DNA from: a virus | Taxonomy: Duplodnaviria; Heunggongvirae; Uroviricota; Caudoviricetes | Reading direction: 5' to 3' (one strand) | DNA length: 64,000 nt | IMG/VR virus record: IMGVR_UViG_3300034196_000017 | Coordinates: 13,422-77,421 of that record | In this document: one piece after another, positions 9,590-18,815 of the stretch | Layout: every line of letters begins with the position of its first letter | Numbering within the stretch: the first letter of the stretch is position 1 | The notes under the pieces: model-generated | What the model was told of the DNA's origin: nothing | What the model saw: only the letters and a program-made list of their open reading frames with translations | Database searches by the model: none | Translations under genes and position numbers: made by a program

Positions 9590-10593
9590 ACTGTTTCCTT
9601 ATTGCGACGAATGCGGCTAAAGCCTTCAAGGTTCCAATCACGGGAGTACTGGTTACCCTTACTGTTAAAGAAGTCGTTGGAGCTGTAACCGGTGATGCCT
9701 TTGTAGAACCAATCTTGAACAACAGTGTTCTTGATTTCAAAGATAGGATCATAACCCAAGTTAACCAAGCACAGATTGATACGGTGCATAGCGAACTCTT
9801 CCAGCTGGTGGGCAGTGATACCGTCGATTGGACCCTTCTCGAAAATCTTAGCGATGATGATCCTTTCATGCTCAAGTACCTTGTGGGCACCAGCATAAAT
9901 ATCAACTCTCAGCGCTTCCTCTTCCTCAGGTGTAATCTCACCAGCTGCTCGCTTCTCACTCAACAGAGTACGAAACAACCAAGCAGCAGCCAAACTGTGC
10001 AAGTGTTCATCGCGAGCCGAGAAGTTAATCCCGCTTACCATGTTGACAAGCTTGTTCTTGCCAGAACTCTGGAAGTGCTTGAGGTATGCAAAGCTAGAGT
10101 ACAAGATTGCACCCTCACCGAATGTGAAACCACCCAATGCTCGCAGGTCGTCAGCCTCTTCCAGTGTATCAGTCAAGAAATCAATACGTGCTTTCAAGTC
10201 AGGATCATTGATGTAGTCATTGTAGAAGTCGTCAGTAGCCAAACCTAACTCTTCGTTCAATGTCTTGTAGAAGAACTGGTGGATACCAAGTTCAACACCA
10301 CCAAATGTAGCAGCCATCGGTTGAATGTCAGCAGGGCGTGGGAACTTTTTCATTACCCAGTTAAGCCAGAACTCATTACCGATGATCCATTCATATTTAG
10401 TGAACAGTTTCAACGTAGTTACTACACCATGTCGCTCTGCATCACTGAGGTTCACTAGGAAGTCTTGCTTATCCTTATGAACCTTTACCTCAAAGTGAGG
10501 CCAGTAGATTTCTTGCTGCTTGTTCATGAACTCAATAGCTTCAGGGTAATCAACCGTGAAAGTGTCTTTCGGTGTTTGCATTCTCACGGTCAT
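9586..10593 (-). CDS. nrdB: ribonucleoside-diphosphate reductase small subunit
   Basis: Di-iron/tyrosyl-radical motifs (SFAYLKHF...SARDEHLHS), 335 aa; ATGA overlap with nrdA. Confidence 0.85.
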   Translation of the reverse strand: MTVRMQTPKDTFTVDYPEAIEFMNKQQEIYWPHFEVKVHKDKQDFLVNLSDAERHGVVTTLKLFTKYEWIIGNEFWLNWVMKKFPRPADIQPMAATFGGVELGIHQFFYKTLNEELGLATDDFYNDYINDPDLKARIDFLTDTLEEADDLRALGGFTFGEGAILYSSFAYLKHFQSSGKNKLVNMVSGINFSARDEHLHSLAAAWLFRTLLSEKRAAGEITPEEEEALRVDIYAGAHKVLEHERIIIAKIFEKGPIDGITAHQLEEFAMHRINLCLVNLGYDPIFEIKNTVVQDWFYKGITGYSSNDFFNSKGNQYSRDWNLEGFSRIRRNKETV

Positions 10594-10596
10594 ATA

Positions 10597-10848
10597 TTAA
10601 ACTCCAATCATTTCAAGAAGTTTAGTAATACCTTCCGATGTAGACCCAACAGCTTTCAATCGTACAACGCCGTTATTATCATAAACAACAGTGGTAGGGA
10701 CACCACGGATACCCAATTTACTTGCTTCACTCATATGGTCAGGGTTCATTACATCTCGCTCAACAAAGGAAACACCTTTAGCCTTCAGAACCTCTTTCAC
10801 TGTCACACAGCCAGCACAATTTTCCATACCAAATACTTTGATTTCCAT
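10597..10848 (-). CDS. glutaredoxin-like protein (NrdH-like redoxin)
   Basis: 83 aa with N-terminal CAGC active site in a beta-alpha-beta context, adjacent to the RNR genes. Confidence 0.7.
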   Translation of the reverse strand: MEIKVFGMENCAGCVTVKEVLKAKGVSFVERDVMNPDHMSEASKLGIRGVPTTVVYDNNGVVRLKAVGSTSEGITKLLEMIGV

Positions 10849-11309
10849 TATTCAGACGCCTTATTCAAATCGTTTAGTTCACCCAGATCACATTTGATAT
10901 CCACATTGATAGCAAACTTCTGAGCCTGTTCAATCATTACATCATTCAAAGCATTGTCTTCATTCAGACACTGACGCATACCAGTCGCTCTGAGGCTGTT
11001 GTGGGTGTGTCTGACGATATCTGATACACACATCATCGTATCAACCCAAACCTTGTCAGAGCGCTCACGGAAGCTTACACGCATACCATACTCAGACCTG
11101 TTGCTTGTCCGAGGCATGTAGTTGCATACTGAGAACTCATATCCATATCCAAGGTCAGCACCTAGCTCATACAACACTTGTTCAAATGCTTTCTGGTCCT
11201 GACCAAGCCATGCTTTTTCCCACAATGGGTGTTTCTCAAGGTCGAGGTGACCAAGATACTGATCAAATTCACCGGGTTGATCAAAACGTTCTTTCTGTAG
11301 CTCAGCCAT
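10848..11309 (-). CDS. hypothetical protein
   Basis: 153-aa ORF between nrdH and the thyX-like gene. Confidence 0.4.
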   Translation of the reverse strand: MAELQKERFDQPGEFDQYLGHLDLEKHPLWEKAWLGQDQKAFEQVLYELGADLGYGYEFSVCNYMPRTSNRSEYGMRVSFRERSDKVWVDTMMCVSDIVRHTHNSLRATGMRQCLNEDNALNDVMIEQAQKFAINVDIKCDLGELNDLNKASE

Positions 11310-11311
11310 TA

Positions 11312-12355
11312 TTAACCCACCTTAACATGATTAGACACCAACTGACGGTGTTGAATAAAACCCTTCAGGTTACCAGAACCAAACTGACCATCACGATCCA
11401 TATGTGTAATACCTTCTTGCCATGTACTTGGATCAATCTGATTAACATTCTGTCCGAAGTAAAAACGATCACCATCACCGTAGTCATTCACCACTTCGAT
11501 TTGTCTCTCAGCAATAGGTGTAGCTTGGTGTTCCAATGGACTAGCATGTACTGGTTGATCAGGCTCTTCACCTTTCAAGTTCAAACGAGCTACAACAGCA
11601 CGTGCTTTCTCAATCGTGTCATCAAGCTTACGGTAGCTAACTTGTGCACAGCAGCTGGCTGAGATTACCAGAGCATGATCAAGACTGTGCCCGAAAACAT
11701 CAACAAATACATTGCTCGGGGTAAAGTCATCAATACTTGTTACTAGTTGATGTGCTGGTTTCCAGTAACCACTGTTGTAGTAAGGCACGTGCCACTCACC
11801 CGGTTGCAATACAGTCGGTTCAGAAGCGTTATGAGCAACCTTAATAACCCGTGCAAGTTGTGCAATAGTTGGGTCCGCAGCATCATGATCCCTAAGCCAG
11901 TAGAAGTTATTCAACTCAGTGGCAGTCATTACCACTTTCATCATCTGGAAAGGTTCAATCAGACGGTTGCAAATCTGTTTAGCATATCCTGCTTTATGGA
12001 AAGCTTCAGCCCATTGAGCTGCATACCATGCTGCACGGTGCCATGCTTCATCTGCTGATACTTCATCTGCATCAGTAAACCACTCATACGCTACAAGTGC
12101 ATCATGAGTACCTTTATCTTGCATACCTGAATTAGCAGCACCAAACCGCACAGGGAACGCTGGGTTCTCAGTTACTTGCTTGAGCATTGTAGGTACAGGG
12201 ATAGCGCGTGAGGAGCTTGCATTCTTACTAAGGGCGTTGTGTGTGTTGAATTCTGCGAGGATAATCCGGGGAAACTCTAGTTCAAAGGTGATGATTTCTT
12301 TACCGGTTACTGCTGATTTACTGTGTGCGATTACTGTTGCTTTACATTGATTCAA
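11312..12355 (-). CDS. ThyX-like protein (flavin-dependent thymidylate synthase fold), divergent
   Basis: 'PRIILAEFNTHNALSKNASSSRAI' aligns with the ThyX 'RHRxxxxxxxSxR' region but has NTHN in place of RHR; a second region (NRLIEP...TATELNNFYWLRDHD) matches the ThyX 'AR..LP...T..N..W.HF' block. Confidence 0.5.
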   Translation of the reverse strand: MNQCKATVIAHSKSAVTGKEIITFELEFPRIILAEFNTHNALSKNASSSRAIPVPTMLKQVTENPAFPVRFGAANSGMQDKGTHDALVAYEWFTDADEVSADEAWHRAAWYAAQWAEAFHKAGYAKQICNRLIEPFQMMKVVMTATELNNFYWLRDHDAADPTIAQLARVIKVAHNASEPTVLQPGEWHVPYYNSGYWKPAHQLVTSIDDFTPSNVFVDVFGHSLDHALVISASCCAQVSYRKLDDTIEKARAVVARLNLKGEEPDQPVHASPLEHQATPIAERQIEVVNDYGDGDRFYFGQNVNQIDPSTWQEGITHMDRDGQFGSGNLKGFIQHRQLVSNHVKVG

Positions 12356-12386
12356 AACTCTCTCCTCATTAATGGTAGGGAGACCA

Positions 12387-12415
12387 TTATACTAGCATCT
12401 CCCAAATATTGCAAG
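12387..12415 (-). promoter_or_regulatory. sigma70-type promoter (TTGCAA-17-TATAAT)
   Basis: Minus strand: TTGCAA-tatttgggagatgctag-TATAAT; inverted repeat GGGAGA..TCTCCC spans the -10; AGGAGAG SD and ATG at 12355. Confidence 0.55.
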
Positions 12416-12428
12416 ACCTTATTACTAT

Positions 12429-12683
12429 TTATTCCAAATCATTTGCAACTTCGCGAAGCAAATCAAAGGCATTGTAGATTGCCATTTCTCTTTGCGTTGC
12501 AAGGCGACCACGTACGTCGATAACCCCAATATCAGTAGGTTTATAACTAACCCAGTAACCAGCTTTGATATCTGAGTCAGGTACACGAATGATCGACTGC
12601 CAGTTATCTTCCAGATCATTTAAGAAAGATACTGGGTCGATATCAACATCAACAACTTGTGTTTTGCTACCCTGTACAATCAT
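12429..12683 (-). CDS. hypothetical protein
   Basis: 84-aa ORF. Confidence 0.35.
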   Translation of the reverse strand: MIVQGSKTQVVDVDIDPVSFLNDLEDNWQSIIRVPDSDIKAGYWVSYKPTDIGVIDVRGRLATQREMAIYNAFDLLREVANDLE

Positions 12684-13408
12684 TTAATAACTCCTCTCAG
12701 GATCAGTTCCAGTTGTGCAAGTACACCAAAAGCTTCGTGTGCCTTATGCAAGATATCCGACTCATGGTCAGTACACTCAATAGCAGCAGCCTTTCCAACC
12801 TGACGTTGAATGATCGCGTCAGTACGATGCCTACTTGCAGCAGCGGCCAACGCCTGCTCAGGATTAGGCAGGTTCAACCAGTCATGATCTTTGTAACCCT
12901 TTGCCGTCTGTGCCCACGTCATCACCTTAGCAATCTCACGCAATGCCAGTGGGAATCCATCATCAACCAACTCAACACGCACTTTACCAACCTTACGGTC
13001 TTCTAGGTTAGGACGATATACACCTAAATCTGGTTTAGCAGGTATGATATGAGGTAAGGTTGTGAAAGTCGTGTCTGTTATAGCCCCTACCCCCATGTAT
13101 GGTGATGTACCTGTTGTTAGACCATTCAGACTCATACTGATAATTTCCTCAGGTTCATCAACGTTAGGTCTGTCTGGTACATAATCAAGACTGAAAGCAG
13201 TAGGACGATGTACAAGCTCAAAATCGTTAGGCCAGTCATTCAGATAGATAAGATCGGCAGTGTTAGTATCTGGACAGAACACGTGGTTACTTGAGTTATC
13301 TTCTACAACCGTGAAGATTTGATCACGTGTAGAGCCTTGGTCAAGCCATGCATCGAAGTCTGAAACTACACGAATCCGGTCACCAAGTTTGAATTTATCC
13401 ACTAACAT
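12680..13408 (-). CDS. hypothetical protein
   Basis: 242-aa ORF in the nucleotide-metabolism block; no firm motif. Confidence 0.4.
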   Translation of the reverse strand: MLVDKFKLGDRIRVVSDFDAWLDQGSTRDQIFTVVEDNSSNHVFCPDTNTADLIYLNDWPNDFELVHRPTAFSLDYVPDRPNVDEPEEIISMSLNGLTTGTSPYMGVGAITDTTFTTLPHIIPAKPDLGVYRPNLEDRKVGKVRVELVDDGFPLALREIAKVMTWAQTAKGYKDHDWLNLPNPEQALAAAASRHRTDAIIQRQVGKAAAIECTDHESDILHKAHEAFGVLAQLELILRGVIK

Positions 13409-13971
13409 TAACGCTTACCTCTCAAGTGCTTAGGAATGAATGGGCGTAGGTTGGGCTCACTGAAAGACAATGGTTTCATGATTTTACCGTCAGACAAACG
13501 CTTCAGTACAAATACATTTGGAATAGGAGATTCCACAATTTCAGTTTCAATACCACCAAACATGTAACTTTGCACAGAGCGTTCCATCATCTCACGGTCT
13601 GTAGAGAATTTTGAGTTATTCGAACGACAAACCTCTTGCCATGCTTTTGTCAGATCGATACCAAGGCTCTCAAGGTAAACACCGATCTGGTCATTAACAA
13701 AACGGCTGTCAAGGTGACCATCAAGCATCTCTTGAACATCCATCGCTTTGGCACCATCTTGAATCTCTTTAGCTTCCTCTACAACAAACGCTGACTGACG
13801 AAGAATCTTAGCCAGTGTACCCTCATCGTCACATAGCTCTGGTGCGTTTTGCATGATTTCATTCCATCGCTTTACTTCAGGAGTGTATTTCTGGTACATA
13901 GGTTTATCCTCAATTAGTTTTGCAGCTGGGCCAGAAAAGGGTAGTGTCATTGGATCGTGTCGTGATTGCAT
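13408..13971 (-). CDS. MazG-like nucleoside triphosphate pyrophosphohydrolase
   Basis: 'SAFVVEEAKEIQDG...EMLDG...YLESLGIDLTKAWQEVCRSNNSKF' matches the all-alpha MazG/COG1694 EExxE...D...LGIDL...K..N..K[FY] pattern. Confidence 0.6.
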   Translation of the reverse strand: MQSRHDPMTLPFSGPAAKLIEDKPMYQKYTPEVKRWNEIMQNAPELCDDEGTLAKILRQSAFVVEEAKEIQDGAKAMDVQEMLDGHLDSRFVNDQIGVYLESLGIDLTKAWQEVCRSNNSKFSTDREMMERSVQSYMFGGIETEIVESPIPNVFVLKRLSDGKIMKPLSFSEPNLRPFIPKHLRGKR

Positions 13972-14018
13972 TCTATTCTCCTAGAAAGTGTGGGGAGACT
14001 TTCACTCCCCTTGTTTAC

Positions 14019-14960
14019 TTAGATGTTAGCCAGAAGTTGTTGACGTTTCTCTTTCGAGAGTTCGTTAACTCGACTACGACGCTGTACACCTGTTTTGATG
14101 TTGCGATAGCGTTTGTATTTCGCAAGGTTGGTGGTGTGATAACCATCGTGTACCCACTCGCTCATATCCAAGACTTCATCAACGTACACATCGAAGTTAG
14201 GAAGCTTATTATCCCATGAGGACAACATGTTATACAGAGCTTCAGTTGCCAGTACATCATCTCGGTTGTAAGCCTCCATAGCCTCCCATGCTGCACGATT
14301 ACCTTTAAGGCACTCAACCCATAAGGTGTGACCGGGAAACTCGATGTGACCGTCCTTGACGTGTTCTGGGCATAGTTTATTGCTCAAGTACTCAAGCTTG
14401 TTGCTTGTGAATCCGAACTGCTCCTTGGCGATCACCATCGTGTCAATCTGTCGATAGGTGCTAGGCTTAGGGAATCCATTCAGAATGAACCGAGCGTTAA
14501 CCTTCTTGGTATCGAAGCGCTTGATGTTCTGACCGATAACGATGTCAGCTTCATTCAGGAAGCTCCAAAGCTTGGATAGCAGGTAACTATCATCTTCCTG
14601 ATTCTCAGCATCACGTTGGTCAAAGTAGAAGATTTCGTCTTCACCCAACCATTTACCACAGAAGGACATGATGAACCAGTCCGATTGAATCTGGTTAAGA
14701 CCAACGTTGTTATCCCAAAGCTTCCACACATGAGCCATGATAGGCGCTGTCTCGATATCGTATACAAAGATACGCGGACCAGACTTGGTTGTCAGTGCGA
14801 GTTCAAGTGCTTCGGAACCACCTCGTTCAAACTTACGCTTGAAAAAGTCATTTACAGTACTCTTACCGATGCCTAAGTCCTTTGCGATCTTACGGCTCGA
14901 TTGACCAAGCTTGCGAAGTTCCAGTGCTGCTGCGTGCCATTGTTTAAGTGTAATACTCAT
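14019..14960 (-). CDS. DEDDy-type 3'-5' exonuclease with N-terminal HTH
   Basis: HTH 'SRKIAKDLGIGKSTVNDF'; exonuclease motifs VYDIET (ExoI), IGQNIKRFD (ExoII), YNRDDV (ExoIII). Confidence 0.55.
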   Translation of the reverse strand: MSITLKQWHAAALELRKLGQSSRKIAKDLGIGKSTVNDFFKRKFERGGSEALELALTTKSGPRIFVYDIETAPIMAHVWKLWDNNVGLNQIQSDWFIMSFCGKWLGEDEIFYFDQRDAENQEDDSYLLSKLWSFLNEADIVIGQNIKRFDTKKVNARFILNGFPKPSTYRQIDTMVIAKEQFGFTSNKLEYLSNKLCPEHVKDGHIEFPGHTLWVECLKGNRAAWEAMEAYNRDDVLATEALYNMLSSWDNKLPNFDVYVDEVLDMSEWVHDGYHTTNLAKYKRYRNIKTGVQRRSRVNELSKEKRQQLLANI

Positions 14961-15230
14961 TAAACCTCCAGTTAGTGTTTGTTTATATCCTCAAACGAAA
15001 TAGAAAAACGACATTGACACTTGAAATGACAATGCAGCATGTTGTAACAGAATCAGTTCATGAACGCTCATTAACGCAATCCTTTATTACTATAGCGAAT
15101 AGGACCAACCTGTAGCTTCAGCATCCGAACTTCATCTTTAAGTGACTGTACGGAAGCGTGTAGCTCACTAATTCGATCCAGAAGAGGTTTCAATACACCA
15201 TCGTCAATGATCACAGTCATGTTGTTAATC

Positions 15231-15446
15231 TTACTCATATGTACCATCCTCCATCGTAACGATTACGGGTTTGAGACTTGCTTTGTACATATCATCGATA
15301 TAGGCTAAACATTCTTCCATTGAACCAGTAAAGAAAGGGTCAACCGTTCCAAATATTTCACCGTCTTCGGTATAGGTCACCCTTGCAATTTGATGTAGAT
15401 CAGCGTTTGCGAACCCGACGATTCGGATGTCTTTACGCAAACTCAT
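15231..15446 (-). CDS. hypothetical protein
   Basis: 71-aa ORF. Confidence 0.35.
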   Translation of the reverse strand: MSLRKDIRIVGFANADLHQIARVTYTEDGEIFGTVDPFFTGSMEECLAYIDDMYKASLKPVIVTMEDGTYE

Positions 15447-15622
15447 GAGAACACCACAACTGCTTCAAACTCACCTACGAAGAGGTTGTTAAGTTCACCG
15501 TTATCATCGTAGATGAATACATCTCCATCGCTGTCTACATCAATCACCTCATAAACCTTACCAATGGTAAGGTCTTCTATCATTAGGTTGTCGTTAAACT
15601 GGATCAATTTCACTCGCTGCAT
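15443..15622 (-). CDS. hypothetical protein (start refined to ATG 15622)
   Basis: Internal ATG preceded by SD AAGGAGAA; the longer ORF would overlap the HNH gene by 92 nt. Confidence 0.35.
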   Translation of the reverse strand: MQRVKLIQFNDNLMIEDLTIGKVYEVIDVDSDGDVFIYDDNGELNNLFVGEFEAVVVFS

Positions 15623-16220
15623 TAGGGTTCTCCTTAAAGATTTGAACAAGTTGCTGACGCCGCTTGTCTTTTGTTGAGGCCGCATTATACCCGAAACGGG
15701 TGATTAGCGCAACCACATTTTTAACAGATTTCTTATTGAATTCAATGGCTTGCTTGGTTGCTCGTGCATCTTCAAACGATAATCCGTGTGACTCACTCAG
15801 TGTTTTGATTGAGTGACAGCCTGTGTAGCCTTTCTTTTTGTTGTCCTTACACAGAATCTGAAGGTCTTCTGATCTCACCATCAGGATTTTATCGAAATAG
15901 TTGTTGAACTCTTCAAGCTTAGTGAAAACATGGTGGCCGTATTTATGGTCAACTTCAATCTCTGTCTCTTTGAACCTATTACGACAAATCTCACATTCAT
16001 ACAACCACTTGGTACGTGTAGTATCGTCCATATCTGGGATTGTACGACTATACATGAAAGCCAGCTTAACGTCGCTCTTCATCCAAGCTTGTCGAATAGC
16101 AGAACGTACAACGGAGATTACTTGTTTCTCAATTGGTCGCCCATCTGGACCAATCCGCTTCTTGAATTGGGCTAACTTATTAGCCCTTTTCTGTAAGTCA
16201 GCTGTACTTGGAACTGTCAT
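15594..16220 (-). CDS. HNH homing endonuclease
   Basis: 'CEICRNRFKETEIEVDHKYGHH': zinc-finger cysteines plus the HNH His/Asn core. Confidence 0.7.
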   Translation of the reverse strand: MTVPSTADLQKRANKLAQFKKRIGPDGRPIEKQVISVVRSAIRQAWMKSDVKLAFMYSRTIPDMDDTTRTKWLYECEICRNRFKETEIEVDHKYGHHVFTKLEEFNNYFDKILMVRSEDLQILCKDNKKKGYTGCHSIKTLSESHGLSFEDARATKQAIEFNKKSVKNVVALITRFGYNAASTKDKRRQQLVQIFKENPNAASEIDPV

Positions 16221-16408
16221 TCCGCGATTACCAGTTCTTTACGAACCCACAAAGTCTGGTCTGCAAACTTATGACGATCCTGTCTCCAATGGCTATTGAA
16301 GTAAGTGTTATATGACAAAGTTGCACCTTGCTTACTTGAGTAAGCGGTTCCCCATTGCTCACCATTATCACTGTTAATGATTACATAACCATATACTTTC
16401 TTACTCAT
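16217..16408 (-). CDS. hypothetical protein (start refined to ATG 16408)
   Basis: SD AAGGAG upstream of an internal ATG; avoids overlap with the upstream gene. Confidence 0.35.
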   Translation of the reverse strand: MSKKVYGYVIINSDNGEQWGTAYSSKQGATLSYNTYFNSHWRQDRHKFADQTLWVRKELVIAE

Positions 16409-16682
16409 CTTTAAGCTCCTTATCCAGTGAGAAAATTGCTTGGAATTGACCACCACAATCATCATCAAGTGTAACCAATATAAAGTCACCTTTAATTACG
16501 CGACAACGTACACGCTCAGAGGAATAACCTCCACCATCCCATTCTTCAGGGTCGGATGCTTCATCATTTTCACTGTAATAGAAAGATCCAGCGGCCTCGT
16601 ACCAGAATGATCTTGTCTGATCATAAGGTGCCCAACGATCTTCTTGGAACAACTCAAGTGCTACACCGTAATCACAAGCCAT
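16401..16682 (-). CDS. hypothetical protein
   Basis: 93-aa acidic ORF. Confidence 0.35.
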   Translation of the reverse strand: MACDYGVALELFQEDRWAPYDQTRSFWYEAAGSFYYSENDEASDPEEWDGGGYSSERVRCRVIKGDFILVTLDDDCGGQFQAIFSLDKELKDE

Positions 16683-16836
16683 TATTCAGTTTCCTTTTTG
16701 TGTGAATATAGACCCGTATACCAATCTGTACCTCTTTCCTTATCCCATTGAGCAAGCATTTGTTCTTTCGACTTACCACCTTGTTGTAGGTTGAACAGTA
16801 AACCCATCAAAGCATATTCAAAGTTACCAGTTGTCA

Positions 16837-17034
16837 TTAATCATCTCCTACTATAGATACCCACCATTCACAGCCTTGAACAAATGCAATCTCTTCATCT
16901 GTGTGACAAGTGTTGTAAATGAATTCTTGAATCAATTCCTGTTTGCGAATGTAACTTTCTAGGTCATATCTCAACTCATCGATAAGTTCTTGTTTACGTG
17001 CTGAGTCAAGCATCTTTCTTCTCCCATAGTCCAA
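16837..17034 (-). CDS. hypothetical protein
   Basis: 65-aa ORF. Confidence 0.3.
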   Translation of the reverse strand: MDYGRRKMLDSARKQELIDELRYDLESYIRKQELIQEFIYNTCHTDEEIAFVQGCEWWVSIVGDD

Positions 17035-17227
17035 GTTCTGTCATTATAGCCTCAGCAACGTCGTCAATATAGTTAGCATTAATACCGTCACTACTACCGT
17101 ACCAGTGTGAGCTTGACATATCGGTTACAAAGCGCGACATGACATCCTCAATCCGTTTGCGAGTGAGATAATCAGTTTCACTAATCTCAGATACTTCTGG
17201 ATCGTAAAAGTACCACTTAGCCATCAA
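17006..17227 (-). CDS. hypothetical protein
   Basis: 73-aa ORF. Confidence 0.3.
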   Translation of the reverse strand: MMAKWYFYDPEVSEISETDYLTRKRIEDVMSRFVTDMSSSHWYGSSDGINANYIDDVAEAIMTELGLWEKKDA

Positions 17228-17811
17228 TTTACCTCCAAGTTATCAGCATAAATCATTAAAGATTCCAGAACCACTGGGTCTAGATTATAAGACAAAGCAC
17301 GTTCCCTTATCACAGACGCTTTTACTTTCAGATAATAGTTTAATGCTGCGTCAATTGTTTCGAAATATGCTTTCTTATATTTACCATCGCCAATTTGACA
17401 CTGCATGTAATACTTACCAACTCGGGAGTGATAAGTTACACCCTTTGGTAATTCAGTGTGAATAGTTTTACCTGTATCAAGTAGTATAGAATTTATATCT
17501 CTAGGAACGAATGAGCAATTATCAGGACTGTAAATTTTAGAACCATTTACTTTCAAATCTTTGTCAAGCTGCCAACCTTTTTCCCTGAAAGTAACTGAGT
17601 CAAACCATCTTTTGAAATTAGAGTAGTCATACCATTCCTCACAAATACTAACATTCCGGTAAGTGGGGAATCGTGATAAATACTTCTCATCGTGAACACG
17701 AGTTAGCATACTGACCCATTTCTGGTAACTCTCGTATTGAACACCCTTTGACTCCATAGCCTTGAGTGTAGGGTCAGTACAGTAACCAACCCCTTTTACA
17801 CTTCTAATCAA
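17224..17811 (-). CDS. AP2-domain homing endonuclease-like protein
   Basis: 'LPKGVTYHSRVGKYYMQCQIGDGKYKKAYFETIDAALNYYLK' resembles the AP2 (YRG/RAYD) DNA-binding domain of HNH-AP2 phage endonucleases; a second KGVGY element is N-terminal. Confidence 0.45.
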   Translation of the reverse strand: MIRSVKGVGYCTDPTLKAMESKGVQYESYQKWVSMLTRVHDEKYLSRFPTYRNVSICEEWYDYSNFKRWFDSVTFREKGWQLDKDLKVNGSKIYSPDNCSFVPRDINSILLDTGKTIHTELPKGVTYHSRVGKYYMQCQIGDGKYKKAYFETIDAALNYYLKVKASVIRERALSYNLDPVVLESLMIYADNLEVN

Positions 17812-18815
17812 TATTTAACTCCCATTCTATCACATACTTGTCTGACATTCACAATTGGATCATCGAGTGTACGTTGCATCATTGCCATCGCAAACATTTC
17901 CTGAAAGACGTACATATGGTCAATTTCAATCTCATCACCACGCCATCCAGTGATAACCTTAGGCTCAGGGTATAGATGCTTGAAAGTGTGAACCATCGCC
18001 TCAAAGCATTCCTTGTCGGTCTTACAATCCACCAACGTGTTAAACCCTGCAACAGAACCCCACTCGATGTCGCTAAAGCAGTTGGCCTTGTAGTTGTCTA
18101 CATCATCTTGAGTAATAATCTGGTAGTAAAGATGCATACGACCCTCACCACGGACGATTTTCTTATCATCCTTAAACAACATACCAAGCTTATCACAATC
18201 AACAATACCACGATGTGTACGGTTGATGTCGTAGTACTTAACTGGGCTACCCCAATAGTCCTTGTCCTCACCGATGACGAAGTGATTAGGCTGTTTGTAT
18301 GCCCTGATAACACACATGTCGTCAGCTTCACGATCCGTGATGATGTCAGCTTTGTAACGACGCTCAAGGTAGCTACTAACTTCATCCAAGTGGTATGGTT
18401 TGACTAGGTTGTCGCGGTTCCCTTTGTACTTCTGTAGGGTTGACCATTCCACCCGCTGACTATCACCTTTACCCATATACATCTCGTAGCTCTTCGCACC
18501 AGACTGGGCAAGGATATCATCAACCATGCACTTAGCTGTGTGTAGTACGTTCTGGATTGGCTCAGGGACTGCAATATCTTCAATGTCAAAGTCCTCAGGC
18601 AACCACGGGCTTTCACGTTTGCTGTTCTCTTCAGCAAGGATACCACCAGCCTTTTTCTTGTGATGACCCCAGAAAGCGGTGCGACTCTTAGCTTCGAAAG
18701 TCTTACTTGTATCACCCTTTAGTGTTGCACGAATGCTTTTCTTTTCGCCTACATAGGCAGCTGCATACTTAAACGCATCAAGGTCTACAACTGCATGATT
18801 TGGAGTATCTGTCAT
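17808..18815 (-). CDS. 5'-3' exonuclease (T7 gp6-like, FEN/RNase H family)
   Basis: Blocks YKGNRDN, EADDMCVI, GEDKDYWGSP and YYQIITQDDVDNYKANCFSDIEWGSV parallel T7 gene 6 (YKANRKA, EGDDVMGV, SCDKDFKTIP, FQTIKGDITDGYSGIAGWG). Confidence 0.65.
   Translation of the reverse strand: MTDTPNHAVVDLDAFKYAAAYVGEKKSIRATLKGDTSKTFEAKSRTAFWGHHKKKAGGILAEENSKRESPWLPEDFDIEDIAVPEPIQNVLHTAKCMVDDILAQSGAKSYEMYMGKGDSQRVEWSTLQKYKGNRDNLVKPYHLDEVSSYLERRYKADIITDREADDMCVIRAYKQPNHFVIGEDKDYWGSPVKYYDINRTHRGIVDCDKLGMLFKDDKKIVRGEGRMHLYYQIITQDDVDNYKANCFSDIEWGSVAGFNTLVDCKTDKECFEAMVHTFKHLYPEPKVITGWRGDEIEIDHMYVFQEMFAMAMMQRTLDDPIVNVRQVCDRMGVKY

Noticed and set aside
11312-13971. Z-genome (2-aminoadenine) pathway, PurZ/MazZ/DatZ
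   Set aside because: A MazG-like enzyme is present, but no PurA/PurZ-like adenylosuccinate-synthetase homologue (GDEGKGK P-loop) and no HD-domain DatZ were found in the window.
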